Shown here: positions 60,141 through 64,000 of the stretch, one piece after another
How the letters are laid out: every line of letters starts with the position of its first letter
Position numbering within the stretch: position 1 is the stretch's first letter
Assembly: GCA_017881905.1 (NCBI GenBank)
Contig: JADGQI010000172.1
Location: 6,841 to 70,840, forward strand
Reading direction: 5' to 3'
Length of the DNA: 64,000 bases
Origin: Chloroflexota bacterium
Lineage (GTDB): Bacteria > Chloroflexota > Limnocylindria > Limnocylindrales > CSP1-4
The notes under the pieces: generated by a model
What the model saw: the letters and a program-made list of their open reading frames with translations, nothing else
Told to the model about the DNA's origin: nothing
The model's database searches: none
Position numbers and translations under genes: made by a program

Positions 60141-61021
60141 CCGGGCCGGTCGGGGGGCGGCTGTACGTCGTCGCGACGCCGATCGGCAACCTGGACGACA
60201 TCACGCTGCGGGCGATCGCAACGCTCAAGGCGGTCCCGCTCATCGCCGCCGAGGACACCCGGATGAGCCGTCGCCTGCTCGTCCGGCACGCGATCGCGAC
60301 ACGGATGGTCAGCTTCCACGCCCGCAACGCGGAGCGGCGGGTGCCCGAGCTCCTCGAGCACCTGCGGACGGGCGCTGATCTTGCCCTGGTGACCGACGCC
60401 GGGACGCCCGGCGTGAGCGATCCGGGCGAGGCGCTGGTCCGCGCCTGGGCGGCCGAGGGCGGGGTCGTCGTGCCGATCCCGGGCGCCTCGGCGGTCCTCG
60501 CCGCGCTCGTCGCGTCGGGCGTGGGCGGTCCCCGCTGGGCCTTCGAGGGCTTCCTGCCGCGGAGCGGCCGGACGCGCCGCGAGCGGCTTGCGCGCATCGC
60601 CGCCGACGAGCGCGGATGCGTGGTCTACGAGGCTCCGGGCCGGGTCGCCGCGACGCTCGAGGACCTGGCTTCTGCCTGCGGTCCGGAACGGCCGGCCGCC
60701 GTCTGTCGGGAGCTCACCAAGATCCACGAGGAGGTCGTCCGCGGAACCCTGGGAGCGCTTGCCGCGAGCGCACGGGACGGCGGATTGACGATCAGGGGGG
60801 AATTCGCGCTGGTGATCGGGGAGTGGCGCGGGGCTGGCGTCGCCGACGGACCGGCGGCCCGACACGAAGGATCGGCCGAGGATCGCGAGGCGCTCGCTCG
60901 AGCGGCGGTCGAACGCCTCGTCTCCGAGGGGATCGCCCGCGGCGACGCGGCTCGGCGCATCGCCAGCGAAACGGGGATCCCGCGCCGTCGCCTGTACGGC
61001 GCCCCGCCGACCGAGGGCTGA
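60137..61021 (+). CDS. rsmI: 16S rRNA (cytidine1402-2'-O)-methyltransferase RsmI
   Basis: In-frame part of ORF 59207..61021. The GTG at 60137 overlaps the nadE stop. N-terminus GRLYVVATPIGNLDDITLRAIATLKAVPLIAAEDTR is the tetrapyrrole-methylase-like RsmI signature. Confidence 0.85.
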   Translation: MTGPVGGRLYVVATPIGNLDDITLRAIATLKAVPLIAAEDTRMSRRLLVRHAIATRMVSFHARNAERRVPELLEHLRTGADLALVTDAGTPGVSDPGEALVRAWAAEGGVVVPIPGASAVLAALVASGVGGPRWAFEGFLPRSGRTRRERLARIAADERGCVVYEAPGRVAATLEDLASACGPERPAAVCRELTKIHEEVVRGTLGALAASARDGGLTIRGEFALVIGEWRGAGVADGPAARHEGSAEDREALARAAVERLVSEGIARGDAARRIASETGIPRRRLYGAPPTEG

Positions 61022-61035
61022 GATCGTGCTCGACC

Positions 61036-61950
61036 CTACGATCGCGCGAGCGCCTGCATCGATGCGCCGCTCCAGCGGACGACGTCGCTGAGCTTCGGGC
61101 GGACGTAGTAGAGCAGCCCGACGAGCATGGCCGGTGTCTGGAGATAGAGCCGCGGTGTGGCGATCGTGACCGCCAGGACCACGGTCCACGGTCGGTCGGT
61201 CAGCGCGCCCCAGATCACGAGCGCCGCCGCGGCGATGAGCCGCGCCCAGAGCGGCACGCCGTCGCTCGGCGTCAACGTCCGCAGGAAGGCGACCCAGTCG
61301 AACCATGTCGCCGGTGCCACGACGAAGGAGACGGTCGCGATCGCCGCCGTCACGCCCAGGGCGATGCCGAGCTGGCGCCACTCGCGCCGCGCAGCGAACC
61401 ACAGCAGCCCGACCCCGGGTGTCACCTTGGTCAGGAGCACGAACGACCAGAGTGCCGGCCAGCGCAGGCCCCACACGGCGACTGCGACGATCAGCAGATT
61501 GACGTTCGCCGCGTTGATCTCGGACGCGAGCGGCGACCAGAACACGACCAGCGGCAGGAGCGGACCGGTGAGCGCGAACAGGGCGAGCACCTCGAGGCCC
61601 CGCAGGAGCGCCACGAACTGGTCGAACGAGAGGAGCTGGAACGGGATCATCGCCTGGGCGGCCGCCGGCGAATAGATGAACTGGTAGCCGGTCGTCCAGT
61701 ACGGCCTGGCAGGATCGATGAAGAAGTAGCAGCGCGCGTCGACCGGGGTCCCGGTCATCGCGGTGAAGGTGGCCCAGACCGTGAGCGCGACGCCGCCGGC
61801 CAGGCCGACGAGCGCGATGCGGCCGGCCCGGGCGAAGAGCGCGAGGGCCGCGCCCAGGTCTGCAGCCGAGCCGCGGCTCCGCATCGCCGGTCGGACGGTC
61901 CCGATCCGACGGCGGATCCTCGATGAGCGTTCTGCGGGCAGTGTCGCCAT
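61036..61950 (-). CDS. integral membrane protein, possibly a DUF2029/GT-C-like polyprenol-dependent glycosyltransferase
   Basis: C-terminal 304 aa of ORF 61036..62256, starting at the ATG at 61950. About 8 TM helices and a YSPAAAQAMIPFQLL motif. The upstream 102 aa of the ORF overlap the divergent lipoprotein gene and are treated as spurious. Confidence 0.5.
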   Translation of the reverse strand: MATLPAERSSRIRRRIGTVRPAMRSRGSAADLGAALALFARAGRIALVGLAGGVALTVWATFTAMTGTPVDARCYFFIDPARPYWTTGYQFIYSPAAAQAMIPFQLLSFDQFVALLRGLEVLALFALTGPLLPLVVFWSPLASEINAANVNLLIVAVAVWGLRWPALWSFVLLTKVTPGVGLLWFAARREWRQLGIALGVTAAIATVSFVVAPATWFDWVAFLRTLTPSDGVPLWARLIAAAALVIWGALTDRPWTVVLAVTIATPRLYLQTPAMLVGLLYYVRPKLSDVVRWSGASMQALARS

Positions 61951-62149
61951 GGCCCCCCGACCCGACATTCGAAAGCCGACTCTGCCAGAAGTACCGGTCG
62001 GGGGATAGGCCTGAAGTACTGGTTCCGGTGCGACCCCGCACCGACGCAGCCTGAGGTGCGAGTCCGGCGCGGTAGGCACCGGCGGACGGCGGACCGAGAG
62101 GAGCGCATGATTGGCGCGACGCCGTATCGGCGACGTATTTGAGGCGGCG

Positions 62150-62689
62150 ATGCGCTGGCTGATCGCCTCGACGATTGCACTCCTCGTGGGCTGCGGTGGA
62201 GTGCCGGCTCCGGTGCCCCAGGGGACGACCGCTGCGGCGGTCACGAGCGTGGCCACCAGTCCGACTCCGACGCCGTCCCCGGAGACGGCTGACGATCGTG
62301 CCGTGGTCGCCGCCTATGGCGCGGCGGAGACGACGTACCTGACGACCTTCCGAACCCTGGGCGCGACGAGACCTCCGAGCACGGGCATCGACGCGAGAAA
62401 GGCCTACTACGCGGCTGCGGCCAGGATCGAGGATTCCTACATCACGGCGCTGTCCGGGGTGAAGGCCATCCTGGGTCCGGACCGACGGACCGCCTCCGGG
62501 CGTCTGGTGGCCGCCGATGTCCAGGCACTCATCGACATCCACGAGGGGATCCGGCGCCTCTACATCGAATGGGCGGACCCGCGACATCAGTCGGACATCC
62601 TCGCCGAGGACGAGGCCATCTCGGCCGCGCTCGACACCGAGGGCCAGGCTTCCATGCAGGTCCGGTCTGACCTCGGACTTCAGCAGTGA
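62150..62689 (+). CDS. hypothetical lipoprotein (179 aa)
   Basis: ORF 62111..62689. ATG at 62150 after GAGGCGG. Lipobox LLVGCGG. Pro/Thr/Ser-rich linker followed by a helical domain. Confidence 0.5.
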   Translation: MRWLIASTIALLVGCGGVPAPVPQGTTAAAVTSVATSPTPTPSPETADDRAVVAAYGAAETTYLTTFRTLGATRPPSTGIDARKAYYAAAARIEDSYITALSGVKAILGPDRRTASGRLVAADVQALIDIHEGIRRLYIEWADPRHQSDILAEDEAISAALDTEGQASMQVRSDLGLQQ

Positions 62690-62777
62690 GAACGAGCGAA
62701 GGTCGGCGATCGACCTGTGTCGCTCCGGCTCGGCTGGTCGCCTGAAGTGACCCGGCTCGCCCACCTCTAGGCTCAGG

Positions 62778-64000
62778 TCAGTGGCAGGCGAAGGTCCCGG
62801 AGACGTCCGCGCCGCTGATGGCATCCTTGCCCGAGAACGTGCCCGACCCGTCGGTGTAGAGGGTCCCCTGCGGGTTCTGGGTGACCTTCCAGACGACATT
62901 CCGGATGGAGCCGGACAGGCTGGACACGGTCCCGTCGGACCGGAACACGACGGCGACCGTATCACCGTCGACCAAGGGCATGAGGACGCTCAGTCCGCCG
63001 TCGCCGAGGGCCCTGCAGGTGACGGGCGACCCGAGTGCACCACCCCCTGCCACGCTGACCGCGATCGTGCCCGGCTCGGAGCCGGCCGCTAGCGGGCCGG
63101 GCGACTCGCTCGCGACGGGCGTCTCGCTCGCAGTCGGGGCCTCCGTTACGGGAAACACCGGCTGCCAGGTGACCTCGGACGCCGACCACTCCAGGTTGAG
63201 CCCGTCGCGCGAGTGAACGACCACCGGCGATCCAGGCGTCACCGCGACCGAGAACACGCCGTCGCCCGAACCCCCGAGCAGGCGCCTGCCGTCCGGTGAC
63301 CACTGCAATCCATCCAGTCCGACGTCGGAGCTGATCGGCAGCTGAACCTCATTGGCGCCGTCGGTATCCATGACCATCAGGTGTGGCGGGTCCTGGGCAC
63401 AGCTTCCATCGCTGGCGCAGCGTGTCCGGTGCTGGACGATTGCCAGCCGGGTGCCGTCGGGAGAGACCGGGCTGTCGCTGAACCAGAGCTGGGGATCGTG
63501 GGGCGTGAGCTGGATATCGCCGTTCCCGTCGGCGTCCACCACGTGGACCGCCTGTCCATCGCCGCCCGTGTCGGTCGTGACGTAGACGATCCGCTCGTCG
63601 CCGGCCGTCCAGCCCAGCCACCGAGGAGTGGCGCCCTCCACTCGGATCAAGGCGGATGCCCCGTCCGTCACGCGTACAATCCGGATCTGGCCAGGCTCGG
63701 CGACGGCGATATGGGACCCGTCACGGGACCACTCGAGCTCCCTCTGGCCAAACCCGGACTCCGGGGTCACCGGGACCGTCGTCGTGGCTCCGGATGGCAC
63801 GTCGGTGATCCACAGCTCGGACCCGACACGGAAGGCCAGCTGCCCACCTGACGGGGACCACTCGGGGCAGACGATCGGCCCGCTGCCGGGAACCGTCACC
63901 CGCATCTGCGGCGGCGACGCGTTCCCGCGATCGTCCAGTCCGACCACCACCACGGCTCGATCGGTGACCGGCCACACGCCTCGGAAGGTGGTGACAGGAT
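62778..64000 (-). CDS. TolB/PD40-like beta-propeller repeat protein (partial; N-terminus beyond the window end)
   Basis: ORF 62778..63977 continues to the window edge. Repeated W/F-SPDG-x-LAF motifs (EWSPSGGQLAF, VSPDGTRLAI, QWSPDGRRLL) and a Thr/Ser/Pro linker before a C-terminal domain. Confidence 0.6.
   Translation of the reverse strand, partial: PVTTFRGVWPVTDRAVVVVGLDDRGNASPPQMRVTVPGSGPIVCPEWSPSGGQLAFRVGSELWITDVPSGATTTVPVTPESGFGQRELEWSRDGSHIAVAEPGQIRIVRVTDGASALIRVEGATPRWLGWTAGDERIVYVTTDTGGDGQAVHVVDADGNGDIQLTPHDPQLWFSDSPVSPDGTRLAIVQHRTRCASDGSCAQDPPHLMVMDTDGANEVQLPISSDVGLDGLQWSPDGRRLLGGSGDGVFSVAVTPGSPVVVHSRDGLNLEWSASEVTWQPVFPVTEAPTASETPVASESPGPLAAGSEPGTIAVSVAGGGALGSPVTCRALGDGGLSVLMPLVDGDTVAVVFRSDGTVSSLSGSIRNVVWKVTQNPQGTLYTDGSGTFSGKDAISGADVSGTFACH

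Noticed and set aside
61036-62256. The 102-aa N-terminal extension of the 406-aa minus-strand ORF
   Set aside because: It overlaps the divergent lipoprotein gene and its RBS, and has no TM or domain content. The internal ATG at 61950 gives a coherent membrane protein.

Overview
High-GC (~70%) chromosomal segment, almost entirely core metabolism and cell division, with no mobile element, integrase or CRISPR array. From left to right: (1) a truncated ParA/Soj ATPase at the window edge; (2) a translationally coupled propionate/methylmalonyl-CoA module: pccB, a separate biotin carboxylase, a separate BCCP with a long linker, a methylmalonyl-CoA mutase catalytic subunit without its B12 domain, and the epimerase; (3) a minimal 2-TM K+ channel (TVGYGD), an orphan ABC ATPase, an acidic hypothetical protein and sucCD on the minus strand; (4) succinate dehydrogenase (single membrane anchor, sdhA, sdhB); (5) an RNase HI whose coding-like N-terminus has no canonical start codon, followed by a clear type-A RNase P RNA (rnpB); (6) a small Cys4 protein and a LysM membrane protein carrying a (Ser-Pro)n repeat; (7) a complete dcw division/cell-wall cluster: promoter plus three 10-bp-phased AAGTGG MraZ boxes, then mraZ, rsmH, a novel small ORF with the strongest SD in the window, ftsL-like, ftsI, murF, mraY, murD, ftsW, murG, murB, ddl, ftsQ, sbp, ftsA, ftsZ, yggS/ylmE, and a DUF167 gene. 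murE and murC are absent from the cluster; (8) tRNA-Val(CAC); (9) aconitase and a divergent DUF2520 oxidoreductase with a His-rich N-terminus; (10) a NUDIX-gcvT-gcvH-gcvPA-gcvPB operon preceded by a 330-bp gap that holds an Arg-rich ORF with coding-like GC3; (11) an ECF sigma factor and ZAS anti-sigma factor pair with a candidate ECF-type promoter; (12) two tandem family-5 (Opp/Dpp-type) ABC transporter operons, each followed after its SBP gene by a strong hairpin; (13) a split glutamine-dependent NAD synthetase (CN-hydrolase gene plus nadE) coupled to rsmI; (14) a lower-GC right end with a GT-C-like membrane protein, a lipoprotein, direct and inverted repeats in their divergent intergenic region, and a partial beta-propeller protein. 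A recurring -10 element (TAGAAT / TATCAT / TATGAT, often followed by GCGC) marks several candidate promoters. Coordinates are taken from the ORF track and codon-index arithmetic. Positions read directly off the displayed sequence by eye may be off by about 1 nt.
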